DNA of 64,000 bases from an uncultured Methanoregulaceae archaeon (GCA_963829335.1 CAWHIE010000001.1:174474-238473), one strand, 5' to 3'. Counted from the first letter of the stretch, positions 41,737-53,651 are shown. Program-made: numbers and translations. The notes: generated from the sequence alone by a model not told the origin.

Positions 41737-42690
41737 ATGACCTACACCATCTCTCTCATCACACCGGAAGAGACCGGGCGCCTGTCACAGCAGTATCTTC
41801 CGGGTATCCGCTACGAGATCAAATCCGAAGTCTATGGCTGCTGCATCAAGCTCCTCTGCGACGATCATACCCTCAAGGATACCTGGGAAGACAACTTTTA
41901 CTCGATGTCGCAGAATGTCCGTTCGCACGGCAGGCTCTTTGTGTGCAAAGATCCGGCCTACCCGGCGGATACCGTGCTCTTCGATCCGCACGCGAAGACG
42001 GCATTCCTGGTCAATATCCGGTATTACGGCTGGGTAAAATCGATAGCACTCAGCCTTGCGGGTGATATCCTTGAAGACGAACACGGGATCTGGTCGGTGC
42101 ATGGTGCCTGCGTGGATGTCGGGGGCAGCGGGCTCTGCATCGTCGGCGCACCGGGGTCCGGCAAGACTACCCAGACGTACGGGCTGCTGACCAACCCCCG
42201 GACCCGCATGATCGCAGACGACTGGTTCTTCTCCCGGGTCTACGGGGAAGATATTCTTGCCTATGGTTCAGAGAAGAATTTTTACATCCAGGAAGATCTC
42301 GCCACCATCTGGAAGGAGTTCCGGGACCTGGTACCTGATAATGCGTATGATCCGGACGGAAGGGCAGTTACCGATGTGCGATGGATTATAGGGAAAGGGA
42401 GGATCCTGCCCCTCACCACGCTCAGGACCGTGATCGTCCTCAAGCGGGATCCATCCGATCCGGATACCGCACGGTCCCTTGATCCGGAGACCGGCCTGAA
42501 ACTCTTTTCGGAAATGAACTATTTCAATCCCCACCTTCTTGTCAATAACTCCCATAAAATCCGACTGAGGGACCAATATATCGCAGATCTCCTGAGCCGG
42601 ACGGATTGTTATCTGGTCAATACGACCGGATCGCCTGCCGAGACCCAGAAACTGATACGCTCATTAGCAATGGTAAAACAGGAGCCGTGA
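41737..42690 (+). CDS. HPr kinase/PEPCK-like P-loop protein
   Basis: VHGACV..GAPGSGKTT..IADDW. Confidence 0.75.
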   Translation: MTYTISLITPEETGRLSQQYLPGIRYEIKSEVYGCCIKLLCDDHTLKDTWEDNFYSMSQNVRSHGRLFVCKDPAYPADTVLFDPHAKTAFLVNIRYYGWVKSIALSLAGDILEDEHGIWSVHGACVDVGGSGLCIVGAPGSGKTTQTYGLLTNPRTRMIADDWFFSRVYGEDILAYGSEKNFYIQEDLATIWKEFRDLVPDNAYDPDGRAVTDVRWIIGKGRILPLTTLRTVIVLKRDPSDPDTARSLDPETGLKLFSEMNYFNPHLLVNNSHKIRLRDQYIADLLSRTDCYLVNTTGSPAETQKLIRSLAMVKQEP

Positions 42691-42871
42691 TCTCATCCTC
42701 GTGAATATCAGTATCATGCCGGGAATCCCTGGTAAACCTCACGGCCGACCGTATTCTGGCATCGGAATTGCATCTGTTTTCCGCATCACACCAAACCCTC
42801 CTTCTTTGTTGCTGCCACATCCGGACAATTGTGGAAGCTGTCATGAAACGACATCATCAGGGGTAGAAAAA

Positions 42872-43401
42872 TTATTCGTCTTTTCTTCGCCGGATGAGGA
42901 GCGCAACTCCAACTATTCCGATAATACGTAGTACCGGGATACCAGAAAATGGAAACTCAGGAGTTGGAATCGGAGTTACCCTATCGTTGTTTCCCGGATC
43001 GGCCGGGTTGAAGGGACCTGACGGGTTCCGATCGCCCGGATTATCATGGTCATTCGGGGCACTCGTATCAACCGGACCTGGATCATCCGGGTTACTGATA
43101 TCAACAGGGTTTACCGGACCCACCAGGTCAGGATTATCCGGACTTCCCGGCGAATCCGGTGTACCAGAACCAGACCGGCTGCCCTGATTGCCACGGCCAT
43201 CTTGACCGCCCTTATAGCCCTGACCTGCCGGGGATCCTTTGATTCGCTTTGACCGCCATGGCTTTGGTTGGATCGATCGACATGGATGGGTTTTCCAATC
43301 CGGATGATTCCATCGGCCTGGTTACCTGTATCGACGTGTAAAAAGGTAATACCGCTACGAGGACCAATAACAATAATACTGCAATCAACAATTTTTTTCA
43401 A
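42872..43401 (-). pseudogene. Degraded or frameshifted PEF-CTERM sorting-domain protein
   Basis: G/N/P/D-rich linker ending PTPEFP, TM helix and RRRK; N-terminal frame disrupted. Confidence 0.6.
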
Positions 43402-43695
43402 ACGAACTATCCCTTAAGACTTCCCTGACCCATGCTTTTTAAGGGAAGTGTAATAAATATCCGGTAATATATTGTTCGCGGCACCGGTGCATTGCAGTAC
43501 CCGCGGAAAACAAAGGATACAGAAGAATCCGGGATCGAACGAGATGATAAAAAAAATTATGTGTCTTTATCCTGGAACACCATTATTTTTTTGGAGAAAT
43601 GGTTCAGTTTGGCTATTATTTTCCCGGGTTCTGGTATAATGGTTGGATCAACAAAAAGATAATTATAAATAATTGTTCATTCAAAGACCCGTAAT

Positions 43696-44557
43696 ATGGT
43701 ACGGACAGAACGAGAGACAACGGGGGTATACGGCCCGGTCATACTCACGGCCCAGCCAGCCATGAGGGGATTCATCTCCCGATATATCCTCGGCCTCACA
43801 CCCGTTGTACCTGGTAGTTCTCTCCCTTGTTGCCCTTACGTACCTGCCCGCTCTGGTGAAGGGCTCCACACTATCCATGGTGGACTCCCTGCAGACCATT
43901 GTGCCGGAACTCCCCCAATACCTCGATATTTGCATTTTACTCATCGTACCGGTAGGCATCTTCCTCTTTTTCATCTGGCTCGGTGATGTCATCCACCGTA
44001 CCGAGATCTGGACCGGCGCAGGGCTGACCATGCTCCTGAGCAGCATCGGTGCGCTGGTCATGGTACAGGGCAGTAATCTCCCGATACTCTCCACCGGATA
44101 TCTGCTGACACTTTTTCAGTGGGTGGCGTACCTGGTCCAGCCTTTCAGCATTGTCGCTGCCGTTATGGTTATTTCAGGAGATGAAGCATTCCGACGCACC
44201 CTGCGTTATACCCTCACCCGGGATGTCGTGATAATCACCGGAGGGATCTGGACCCAGGTGGAAAATGTCATCCCGCTGCGGCAGATCGAGAGGATCGTTC
44301 TCGTGCAGGGCCGGCTGGGACATCTTTTACATTTCGGCACCGTCGTTCCCGAAGGAAGAGTGTTCGGGCTTGCCGGAACCGATATAACCGGGCATCAGGA
44401 AACAGGTGATATGCTCAGGGATACGGAACAGGTATCTGTCCTGCGCTGGCAGCAGGGATCATCCAACCCGCTCGTATGCCTGTACGGGATCTTACATCCC
44501 GAAGATATGAAATCGGGCATCGAACTGGCGATGCACAAAGGGTCGGAAAAGGACTAG
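43696..44557 (+). CDS. Membrane protein with bPH_2 (DUF304-like) domain (frameshift near 43805)
   Basis: TM helices followed by RYTLT..VIITGGIW..IPLRQIERI..QG.LG.L.HFGTV. Confidence 0.7.
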
Positions 44558-44745
44558 ATATCCTCAGGACCGTGTGAATGACGGGATTATTGTTTTCGCA
44601 GTCAGACACTGCAGGAAGCATGATACCGGTCAGGGGGATTCCTGGACTATTTCGCACTTTTCCTGAAGAAAACGGATTATGGAACCCATCATTACCGGGG
44701 AAGGGAGAAAAAAAAGTGTCCTGATATCCGCAATTGCCCGTACGC

Positions 44746-45540
44746 TTACGAAGGCCCTGCTCCTGCCTTTTCCATCGCGGCATCCTGCTCATCGAAGTAG
44801 GTGGTCAGGTAATTGAGCGTCTCCAGATCAACATCCGCATAGGTGTTGGATCCGATCTCGAACGGGTTATCCATGTCCCGGATAAGGAGCAGGAGGCCGA
44901 TGAGCATACCGCAGACAACCGTAAAGATGATGATCCCTTCCAGGTACGGGTCCATCTTGATAAAGAGGAGAAGAAGGATCACACTTCCGGTCGCCACCTC
45001 GGCAAGTGCATATGCCGCCGGAATAAAATCGGTCCGGATGATCACCTCGATCCTGTTCGTCATCTTGTCGAGCACCCCCAGTTCATTTCTCAGTTTTGCA
45101 ATCAGCGGGGGAGCCACATTCAGGTACGACAGGACGCGGATATCGTTGTTGATCTTGTCCATCTCACGGTTAATGTCCGGAAGGTTCCAGGTATTTTCTG
45201 AAAAACAGGTCTGCATGGCACGGTGAAGATCCCGGACATGAGCCCTGAAAACCCGTGCCGGTGCCTCATCCGCCAGCGGGAGGACCCTGCTGTCGTTATA
45301 GAGCGCCTTTAAAGAGGCCGCGAGCTCTCCTCCGACTTTTTCACTCTCCTTGAAATCGGTGAACGTGCCGGTGAAAATGATCGCAATGGTGAAAATCGCA
45401 CCGCTGATGAAGGCACCGACCACGGTATTGATGGGTACCACATCAAACCCATAGAAATCGATGAATGTCCGGGGCACCAGGAGGATGAGCGTGATGATAA
45501 ATGCCCTGGACATAATGCCCCATTTCTTTCGGTATTCCAT
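44746..45540 (-). CDS. Membrane protein, bestrophin/DUF4239-like
   Basis: 4 TM helices with a helical cytoplasmic insert; LIRDMDNPF. Confidence 0.6.
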   Translation of the reverse strand: MEYRKKWGIMSRAFIITLILLVPRTFIDFYGFDVVPINTVVGAFISGAIFTIAIIFTGTFTDFKESEKVGGELAASLKALYNDSRVLPLADEAPARVFRAHVRDLHRAMQTCFSENTWNLPDINREMDKINNDIRVLSYLNVAPPLIAKLRNELGVLDKMTNRIEVIIRTDFIPAAYALAEVATGSVILLLLFIKMDPYLEGIIIFTVVCGMLIGLLLLIRDMDNPFEIGSNTYADVDLETLNYLTTYFDEQDAAMEKAGAGPS

Positions 45541-45769
45541 ACCTACAGGTGCTGCTCATACAGGTTAGTACATTTCGGTTTCGGGAGACCGGGTTGTTAC
45601 CTGCCGGGGGGAAATCCCGGCAATGAAAGAAAAAACCACCGGTACACCAGCTGCTCGTAATTGACACGATCCCTCACGGGAGCACCAGGAGGGTAATGGG
45701 CCGGCTCCCTGATCTGGATCCGCAAGTTCCATCACCTTTCACCGCAAAGCCGGAGTACATCAGAAGAGT

Positions 45770-46057
45770 GTGACGGTCATGAATATGCAGGTTGTCAGAT
45801 GGTTTCTGGATCTCGGTATGGGCATTTTTTTTCTCATCAGTGTTATTACCGGTTTCTTCAAGTTTACCCTCCTCGTGCGGACATTCGGGCTTACCAAACT
45901 GGTGCTCCCCCTCGCCCTTATGAGCGATATCCATGACTGGTCCGGCATTGCACTGGCCTTTTTTGTCGCTGCCCACCTCATCGTCAACCGTGGGTGGATC
46001 ATAACGATGACCAGAAAGATCTTCAGGGGCGAAAAACCGATTGAAAAATTGCTCTGA
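45770..46057 (+). CDS. DUF4405-like small heme-b membrane protein
   Basis: ITG..IHDWSGI..AHLIVN.W His pattern. Confidence 0.7.
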   Translation: MTVMNMQVVRWFLDLGMGIFFLISVITGFFKFTLLVRTFGLTKLVLPLALMSDIHDWSGIALAFFVAAHLIVNRGWIITMTRKIFRGEKPIEKLL

Positions 46058-46335
46058 AAAGATCATAAGCAGATGTAAAATGTTCCCAAAGACATGGTTT
46101 TTTTAGTACACCATCGGTGTTGCATCTCCCATACATGCGATACCTGAACAAAAAGTTCTCCTCCCATCAATCGCGACAGTTCCGGGCGAACTCATAGGGA
46201 ACAGGCGGGGCTTCATCCCATTTATTTCCATTGTAAAATTTTCAGAAAACCAGCGTTCTCTCCCGACTTGAAAAATTAAATTGTGAACCAGGGAATCTCA
46301 TTCTTCCGTATGAAAAAAATATGTTTGGAGGGGAT

Positions 46336-47022
46336 TTATCCGGTTGAATAGAAACTTTTTTCCAGATCCCCGGTGTTGGAATATCCCCGCTCCTCCCAGT
46401 ATCCATGGTAGTTTGGATCACTGCTCAGCTCGATCTTCTCGACCCACTTGATCCATTTATACCCCCATTTGTCCTCGGCGACCAGCTGGAACGGGTAGCC
46501 CCGGTCCGCCGGGAGCGTGACATTGTTCATCCGGTAGGCCATGATGATATCGTTGTTCATCAGGTAACTGAGCGGGAAGGACGTAGTGTAACCATCATGG
46601 GCGGTGAAGATCACCGTATTTGCCCGGGGATCAATGCCTGCGTGCCGGATAAGATCGCTCACCTTCACACCCTCCCAGAGAATCGTCACATCCCAGCCCT
46701 CCACGCAGAAAAGGGTGACTACCTTCGTGTAGTGAGGAAACCCGTCCAGGACTTCGTTGTAGGTATAGACGTCGGTACCGTTTGTCAGGCCGGTGACGGT
46801 GAGACGGTAATCGGATATATTGATATACTGGGGACCCTTGATGGAGTTTTCCCGGAAATCATTGATGGAGGAGAGATCCTTTCCCTCGTAGGCTCTTACC
46901 TCGACCCCCGGAAGCACCCGGGGCGAACCGGGCTGGCTTCCCGGTCCCAGGAGAAGGAAAAGCGCTGCTGCAATGAGGATAACCGCCGCGATCACGACGA
47001 CGATACCATACTTTGAGTTCAT
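46336..47022 (-). CDS. Molybdopterin-dependent oxidoreductase (sulfite oxidase/MsrP-like)
   Basis: VTLFCVEGW..WEGV..DGYTTS..GYPFQLV..KWGYKWIKWV..GYWEERGY; N-terminal anchor. Confidence 0.9.
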   Translation of the reverse strand: MNSKYGIVVVIAAVILIAAALFLLLGPGSQPGSPRVLPGVEVRAYEGKDLSSINDFRENSIKGPQYINISDYRLTVTGLTNGTDVYTYNEVLDGFPHYTKVVTLFCVEGWDVTILWEGVKVSDLIRHAGIDPRANTVIFTAHDGYTTSFPLSYLMNNDIIMAYRMNNVTLPADRGYPFQLVAEDKWGYKWIKWVEKIELSSDPNYHGYWEERGYSNTGDLEKSFYSTG

Positions 47023-47335
47023 TATCTCAGACTGTCATCGAAATCTTATTAACTATCGCTTGGAGGCAGGAATCATAGCGGAAGATAAAAAGACTGCCTT
47101 TCCGGGAATGGCAGGCAGCCAGAAGATTCCCGTGTCCACGCCGACGTTTTCGGATGGCCCCGATCTTCCTCAGGCCCCGCAGGCATGACGTGTCACCAGG
47201 TCATACCGTTCGCTTATATCGGATTTCAGGTTAGCTCCATCTGTGACGTCGCCTGGCAGTGCAGAGAAAAAGTGGACTATATTGTCTCCTTAAGAAGCGG
47301 AACGAAGCATAACCGCGTGTTCAGCGTATCCGGCC

Positions 47336-48150
47336 TTAGTATCCTGTCGCATAATAATACCCGTCTTCTTCCCTCACCCGTAGTGGAACGTCGAACAGCT
47401 TCCCGATATGTTCATCGGTGAGGAGCTCCGCTTTTGGTCCGTCACGACAGAATCTCCCGTTCTTCATCAGGATCACCCGGGTGATCTCCGGGATGATATC
47501 ATGAAGGTTGTGGGTCACGAGGATGATACCGGTGCCGGAGCGGGCAATCTTCCGGAGGGTCTGGCGGAAGGTGTGAAGTGCGTGCAGGTCGAGGGAGCTG
47601 GTTGGTTCGTCAAGAACGAGGGTCGCCGGTGCCGGGACCAGTGCCCTCCCGATGAGAAAACGCCGGGCCTCACCCGAAGACATCGTGGTCATTGACTGGT
47701 ACTGGAGATGATCGATTCCCAGGAACGCCAGCATCTCGTCTGCTTTCTTCTCCATTGCCGGCGTGACGGTATGATGAAAGAACCCGATGCTGCTGAAAAA
47801 ACCAGAGAGGATTACCTCCCTGCCCGTCAGGTCCCGCATAAATGTGTACTGCAGGTCAGGAGAAACGATGCCCAGCGTTAATCGCAGGTCAAAAACATCC
47901 CACATATCCCTGGCCCGGATTCGGGACGTGACTGGATCTTCGGTTATGACCGGATAGTATTCCCGGTAATTGCCTTGATAAATGAGGATTTCCCGGCGCC
48001 GTTCGGTCCCAGGACAGCGATGTTCTCCCCGGTATGGATCATAACAGAAAGGGCGTCCAGGACCTTTTTGTCGCCTTTCACTACCGTGACGTTCTCAAAT
48101 TCCAGCAGCGGTACCGGGTGTGAGCGGGGATCTGTTTGCGCAACGACCAT
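47336..48150 (-). CDS. ABC transporter ATP-binding protein (ModF-like; frameshift near 47950)
   Basis: GPNGAGKS, MSSGE, LVLDEP, VTH. Confidence 0.85.
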
Positions 48151-48350
48151 AGCCGGGTCTCCCCGCAGGGGATGAAAATCTCCACGAGGTATGTGTTCCG
48201 GTAATGTTACCCCGGTAACCCTTTAATCTTCTGACCGGTCGACAAAAATCAGCACACTACGATACCACCCGCGACCGATCGGTTCGATAATCCTGCCCTG
48301 AACATAACCTATTTTATCTCATAACCCTCAAAAGCACCGTGCGGAAGTAT

Positions 48351-49064
48351 ATGGATAACGAGGGAATTGAACAATACGTCTGCCAGGTCTGCGGATATAA
48401 TATGGCAGGATACCATCCGGTATTCTGCCCTTTCTGCGGGGCGACGAACGATAAATTTCTGTCGGCCGAAGATAATTCGGCCCGCCACCACGTGGAAGGG
48501 ATGCACGTCAATGCGCAGGTAACCCGTTTCAGCACAGTCCCGAAACTGGGGTATGAACATGCAGCCTACCGGGTCGAAGCAGAGGGAGCAGTGTTCCTGA
48601 TCGACTGTCCCTCAACATTCGACCGATCACTCCCGGGTATGGACACCATCATCTTCACCCATAACCATTTCCTCGGCGCATGCAACCAGTACCGTGACCT
48701 TTACCCGGCCCATGTCGCCATTCATGAGAACGATTTTCACCATGACCTTTGCCGGGGTTTCACCTTCGATGATCTCTTCCTGGGCAGTTATTGCGACCAC
48801 GGGCTCCATGCAGTACACATCGGCGGACATACCCCGGGCTTCACCTGCTATTTCTTCCGGGACGTATTGTTCATCTGTGACTATGTCATGAAAGGAAAGG
48901 AGAAGATGGTTCTCAACCCTTACGGTCCCCCGGCTGCGACACATGAGGGACTGGCCACCTTGATCGGTCATATCCCGGATTACCCGGTGTCTACCGTCTG
49001 CGGGGTCGATTATGTCATGGATTATCCTTCATGGGAAGCACTGGTCCGCCCGCTCATTCAATAA
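48351..49064 (+). CDS. Rubredoxin-like Zn/Fe knuckle fused to MBL-fold domain
   Basis: CQVCGY..CPFCG; LIDCP, FTHNH, GGHTPG, LFICD. Confidence 0.8.
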   Translation: MDNEGIEQYVCQVCGYNMAGYHPVFCPFCGATNDKFLSAEDNSARHHVEGMHVNAQVTRFSTVPKLGYEHAAYRVEAEGAVFLIDCPSTFDRSLPGMDTIIFTHNHFLGACNQYRDLYPAHVAIHENDFHHDLCRGFTFDDLFLGSYCDHGLHAVHIGGHTPGFTCYFFRDVLFICDYVMKGKEKMVLNPYGPPAATHEGLATLIGHIPDYPVSTVCGVDYVMDYPSWEALVRPLIQ

Positions 49065-49283
49065 AACGCCGGCAGTCCGGGCATCTGACTCTGGAGTCCC
49101 CCAGTACATCCCGATCTCCCTGTCATGTCGGAGACCTCAGTGATTTTCTCTCATTGCCTTCTTTTCCTGAACCATTCACTGTCCCTGGATCTAAAATATC
49201 CTCGAACAATTTCGCAGTTAAATAAAGCCATAAATAATCCTGTATCCAAACAATCAGGATAACAGCGAGAGAGAATTGGTTGT

Positions 49284-49732
49284 ATGAAGCGTAGTATGGT
49301 TATTTTCAGTCTCGGGTTATGCTGCCTCTGTGGAGTGATGTTCGCAGGACTGTCTCCGGTCCGGTAAATCCGGAACCATCGCCAACACCGACGGGGACAG
49401 CAATCCCGGCAGACAATCTTGTAGTCAACGAAACACAAAACAACGCAACTGTATATATGAGCAAGGACACTATCATAACGGTGAAACTCGCGGAGAACCC
49501 CACGACGGGATTCCAGTGGAACCTGACTACGACTCCAGGACTCCGTGTCGTAAAAGACGAATATATCCCGGGCGATCCCTCCGGTACGCTGCCGGGATCC
49601 GGCGGGATTCATGTTTGGGATATTTCAACGGAGATGACCGGATCCCAGGAAATCCAGGCGGAATATACACATTCCTGGGAGAAAATATCCGTAAACGGAT
49701 CCCTCTTCTCGATGACGGTCGTGGTGAGTTAG
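49284..49732 (+). CDS. Protease inhibitor I42 (chagasin) lipoprotein (frameshift near 49350)
   Basis: LAENPTTGFQW..GSGG motif; signal peptide MKRSMVIFSLGL..FAG in the upstream frame. Confidence 0.85.
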
Positions 49733-50029
49733 GAATATTTCCCCTTTTTTTACTGTTATTTCCTGGGAAAAATGAAAAATTTCAGCCAGGACCGGTCTCA
49801 TTTCGTCAGGAATCACACATCTTTAAGGATCGGTATGGTTACAGGTTCTCTATTTCATTTCGTGTTCTGAGGATCAGTATTCACACACCAGACCGGTAGT
49901 AAAAAAAATAGTCATAACGACGATCGTAACGGCAACAAACGATCGAGCCTGATAACAACAACCCCGGACCTGTCAGGAAAGATTGGACCAACGGTCCAGC
50001 CGGATCGGAAGTAGGGAAGTTTCGGACCT

Positions 50030-50542
50030 TCAGGATGTTGTGAGATTTTTTATAAAAGCAATCACTTCCTGTATGTCCGGGACAGAGTGCACAGGGTATA
50101 CCCTGACAAACACCACCTTCTGTTTTTCATCGACGACCACATTTGCCCGTTCGGCATACCCGTTTGCTTCCCTGAAGAGACCATAGTGCTGCGCCACAAT
50201 CCCGTGAGGCCAGAAATCAGAGAGCAGCCGGGTCCTGGAGATACCGAGTTTCTCTGCCCATGCTTTTTTACACGGTACTGAGTCGACACTGATGCCGACG
50301 GCAATGGTATTGAGCGAGGAGAGAGTATCCACATTATCTTCCAGGGATTTCATCTGGCCGGCGCAGAATGCGGTCCATGCAAGGGGGTGGAAGGAGAGGA
50401 GCGTCCTCTTTCCCATATTTTCAAAGAGGTCGAACGTCGTGTCATTATGGTCTTTCAGGGAAAAATTCCCTGCCGGATTTCCCGGCTGGATCATCTTCTG
50501 TGGTTGCATTCGTTCGTCACCAGTATTCATCCTCTCGTTCAT
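50030..50542 (-). CDS. Peroxiredoxin (AhpE/AhpC-TSA)
   Basis: FHPLAWTAFC, GISVDS, LLSDFWPHG, ERANVVVD. Confidence 0.9.
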   Translation of the reverse strand: MNERMNTGDERMQPQKMIQPGNPAGNFSLKDHNDTTFDLFENMGKRTLLSFHPLAWTAFCAGQMKSLEDNVDTLSSLNTIAVGISVDSVPCKKAWAEKLGISRTRLLSDFWPHGIVAQHYGLFREANGYAERANVVVDEKQKVVFVRVYPVHSVPDIQEVIAFIKNLTTS

Positions 50543-50785
50543 TCAATATCAGACTTTGGATAGAGGCTGGTTGGTTCTTTGCCACATGCAAAATCATGTT
50601 TCATACTAAGGTGTCCGGGCATTGTTTTTCATCTCCGGTCATGGTGATCTTGCGAAAATTACTGGGGAGCATTAACCGGAAAAACAACAAAAAGAGGATC
50701 GGAAACTGTATCCGCGCGAAAACAGAGAACGGTCGTCGATCATGTTACCCACCGGGCAATGAATACCCAGGAGATTACCGGATCC

Positions 50786-52708
50786 TCATACCAACGGCTG
50801 CTGCTGGGAGGCACAATGGAATGTGCCAAATCCCTCAACCAGCGCACGGGCATCGATCCCGGTCACCTTCCGGTCCGGGAAAAATTTCTGTATGATCTGC
50901 AGTGCCACCGCATCATTCGGGTCATTGAAGACCGGCACGATAACCACCGTATTGCCGATATAGAAGTTGGTGTAGCTTGCCGGGTACCGCTCATTTCCGT
51001 CGGCGACCGGCGCCGGCATCGGGAGTTTTACCACGGTAAGGGGCCTGCCATCCTGGTCGGTTGATCTCTTCAGGATCTCGTAATTTTCCTGCAGAGCCGC
51101 GTAATTTGCATCTGCCGGGTCGTCCTCGTAGGCGCATACGACCGTGGACGGGGAGACAAAACGGGCTATGTCGTCGATATGGCCATCGGTATCATCACCC
51201 ACGATCCCCTTATTCAGCCAGATGACCTTTACGATCCCGAGATACTCTTTCAGGTACTCGGTGATCCCGTCCTGGGAAAGCGACGGATTCCGGTTCGGGT
51301 TGAGGAGACAGGATCGGGTGGTCAGGACCGTGCCCCTGCCATTGACATCTACCGATCCCCCCTCGAGCACGATCCCGGGGACAAACTGGGGCAGCTCAAG
51401 CCAGCGGTTCATGACGGCCGGGATCTTCCCGTCCTGCATTTGGTCTTCGTACTTCTCTCCCCAGGCATTGAAGTTCCAGCGGACCATCGCCGTCCGTTTC
51501 AGAGCCCGGTTGATGACGAAGGTCGGTCCGTAATCCCGGATCCAGACGTCAGAGAACCCGGTCGTATGAAGGACAACCCGGGAGAGGTCGACGCCGGCTT
51601 CCCGCAGCCGCGCCCGTATTTTCCGGTGAATAGCTGCGCCGGGGACAAACAGTTCAACCCGTTCTGAAGTATTGATCGCCATGACAAATTCATAATAGGC
51701 ATCTTCAACGGTCTGCAGGCGGGGAAAGGTATTTTTATTGTGCGGCCAGGAGAGCCACACGCAATCGTGCGGTTCCCATTCCGCCGGCATATGGAACCCG
51801 CGGTTCCGGGGTGTATCTCCCGGACGAATATCGGGAAACGTCATGTCCCCGCCCGGGAAAAGAGTGCAGGTAGCACCATATGTATCTGGTCGGCGGTTAC
51901 GGAAGAAACCCCATGAATCCCGGACCGAACAGTTCATGGAGAGATCGAGCGGAGCAATGATCGTCTCTTCGGTGTCGCCGCTCTTGGCGATGATCTTGCC
52001 GAATGCATCGCAGATGAACGACCCCCCGAAAAAACGGATATTGGCTTCCTGTCCCACACGGTTTACCGCGGCAACATGAATGCTGTTTGCTACTGCATGT
52101 CCCCGCTGGATCAATACCCATGCTTCGTGCCAGTCACCTTCGACCGGTTCTTCAGATGAGGGGTGACCAATCGCCGTCGGGTAAAAAATGATCTGTGCAC
52201 CATCGAGGGCAACACACCGCGCCGCTTCCGGGAACCACTGGTCATAACAGATAAGGACCGCGATACGCCCGTACCGGGTTTCATGAACCTGGTACCGGTT
52301 CCCGGGATAGAAGTAGCCTTTCTCAAAGAACCCTGGGTCCTGCGGTATATGGACCTTGTGATAGGGCGCGTGAAGCGTTCCGTCAGCGTCGATGATCACG
52401 GCCGAATTGTAATACCTGCCGTCAGAAGACTTCTCGTAGATCGGGACGATGATCACGACCTTATACCGGCAGGCAATCACGGCAAATGCCCTGGTCGAGA
52501 CTCCCGGGATCTCCTCAGCGAGCGGCGATGCATTAACCCCGATTCCCTGGGCAAAGTACCGCGTCCGGTAGAGTTCGGGGAGGCAGATGATCTGTGACCC
52601 GTCTTTTGCCGCCTGCTCGACGTTTGCCAGCGCTTTATTAAAATTCTCCTCAGGATCCGGTCCGACTGCCATCTGGACGAGACCCACAATTACCTGTTCC
52701 TGCTCCAT
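50786..52708 (-). CDS. N-carbamoylputrescine amidase (nitrilase fold) fused to agmatine deiminase
   Basis: ICLPEL, KVHIP..FFEKGYF, ICYDQWFPE; then MPAEWEPH, WIRDYGP, LEGGS, DTDGHID, GTFHCASQQQP. Confidence 0.93.
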   Translation of the reverse strand: MEQEQVIVGLVQMAVGPDPEENFNKALANVEQAAKDGSQIICLPELYRTRYFAQGIGVNASPLAEEIPGVSTRAFAVIACRYKVVIIVPIYEKSSDGRYYNSAVIIDADGTLHAPYHKVHIPQDPGFFEKGYFYPGNRYQVHETRYGRIAVLICYDQWFPEAARCVALDGAQIIFYPTAIGHPSSEEPVEGDWHEAWVLIQRGHAVANSIHVAAVNRVGQEANIRFFGGSFICDAFGKIIAKSGDTEETIIAPLDLSMNCSVRDSWGFFRNRRPDTYGATCTLFPGGDMTFPDIRPGDTPRNRGFHMPAEWEPHDCVWLSWPHNKNTFPRLQTVEDAYYEFVMAINTSERVELFVPGAAIHRKIRARLREAGVDLSRVVLHTTGFSDVWIRDYGPTFVINRALKRTAMVRWNFNAWGEKYEDQMQDGKIPAVMNRWLELPQFVPGIVLEGGSVDVNGRGTVLTTRSCLLNPNRNPSLSQDGITEYLKEYLGIVKVIWLNKGIVGDDTDGHIDDIARFVSPSTVVCAYEDDPADANYAALQENYEILKRSTDQDGRPLTVVKLPMPAPVADGNERYPASYTNFYIGNTVVIVPVFNDPNDAVALQIIQKFFPDRKVTGIDARALVEGFGTFHCASQQQPLV

Positions 52709-53015
52709 ACGCCTCGTGATATACGAGTTTTTTTTACTATGATAATATGCTATCCACCCGGAGGGGGTCAAAACTGCTGATGCCTGTCATGTCTGACAGG
52801 ACGATGCAGCGAAAATTTTAGAGAGAATGGCATATCCACAATTTTTGAAAGCCTTATGCAGCACGAAACGGTCTTTCAGTTCCCCGAAATAAGCAGAGGT
52901 AGTGAGAATCCGGCACCGAAGTATGTCCATGATTCCTCTTTTATTTGAACAAAATAGAAAATATACTTAACAAAAAGAGGATAATTTAATACAAAAAGAA
53001 AAGTTTATATGCTAA

Positions 53016-53037
53016 AATGTAAATCATAATTTACATT
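53016..53037. promoter_or_regulatory. Perfect palindromic operator just downstream of a TATA box
   Basis: AATGTAAAT-cata-ATTTACATT follows TTTATAT (53004..53010); probable site for the nearby XRE regulator. Confidence 0.7.
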
Positions 53038-53059
53038 ACATTTTAATGTGGGAATAAGT

Positions 53060-53383
53060 ATGGATCGAAGTGAATACGGTAAACTCATCCGTGAAGAAGA
53101 GGGTACTGCGTGGCAGGAAGGGCATACACTCGTTATCCTCACCGCTGGAGCATGCCTGTTTGCCCTCGTCATAGCCTTAAAAAATATTCTTGGCGTCCCG
53201 ACGGATCGGCTCACGATGGATCTCCTCTTTAGTATGGGTGTCCTGGGAGGTCTCGCAACCTCGTATCCTTTCGTCACGAAAAGACGATCCGCATCAGCAA
53301 TCAGTCACCCGGGCCTCTGGATCGCTGCAATCATACTGATTACCATGGCCATTATCGTCATGCACGCCACCCGGTTTCCGTAA
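53060..53383 (+). CDS. Small 3-TM membrane protein
   Basis: Three hydrophobic segments; lies directly after the operator. Confidence 0.65.
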   Translation: MDRSEYGKLIREEEGTAWQEGHTLVILTAGACLFALVIALKNILGVPTDRLTMDLLFSMGVLGGLATSYPFVTKRRSASAISHPGLWIAAIILITMAIIVMHATRFP

Positions 53384-53651
53384 ATCACCGCCAAAATCTA
53401 TCACTGCAAGAAGAGTCTGCCATGTCTGCCGGGATGAGAGAGAGGATTATGGATAATGCCGGGGTGCGCCACAGCATCAACCGTTTCCCTTCCGGTTTCT
53501 TTCGCTCCAGTCATCCAGTCATCTTCAACGGTTGTGGTACTGCACGGGTCCGTGATCCCCGAAAATCAGGTCTGCTGAAAGGGCTCTGCACGCGAACGGT
53601 TCTCCTGTCCCCGGCCCCGTCATATCATCCAGCACCCGGAGTGCAACGGGA

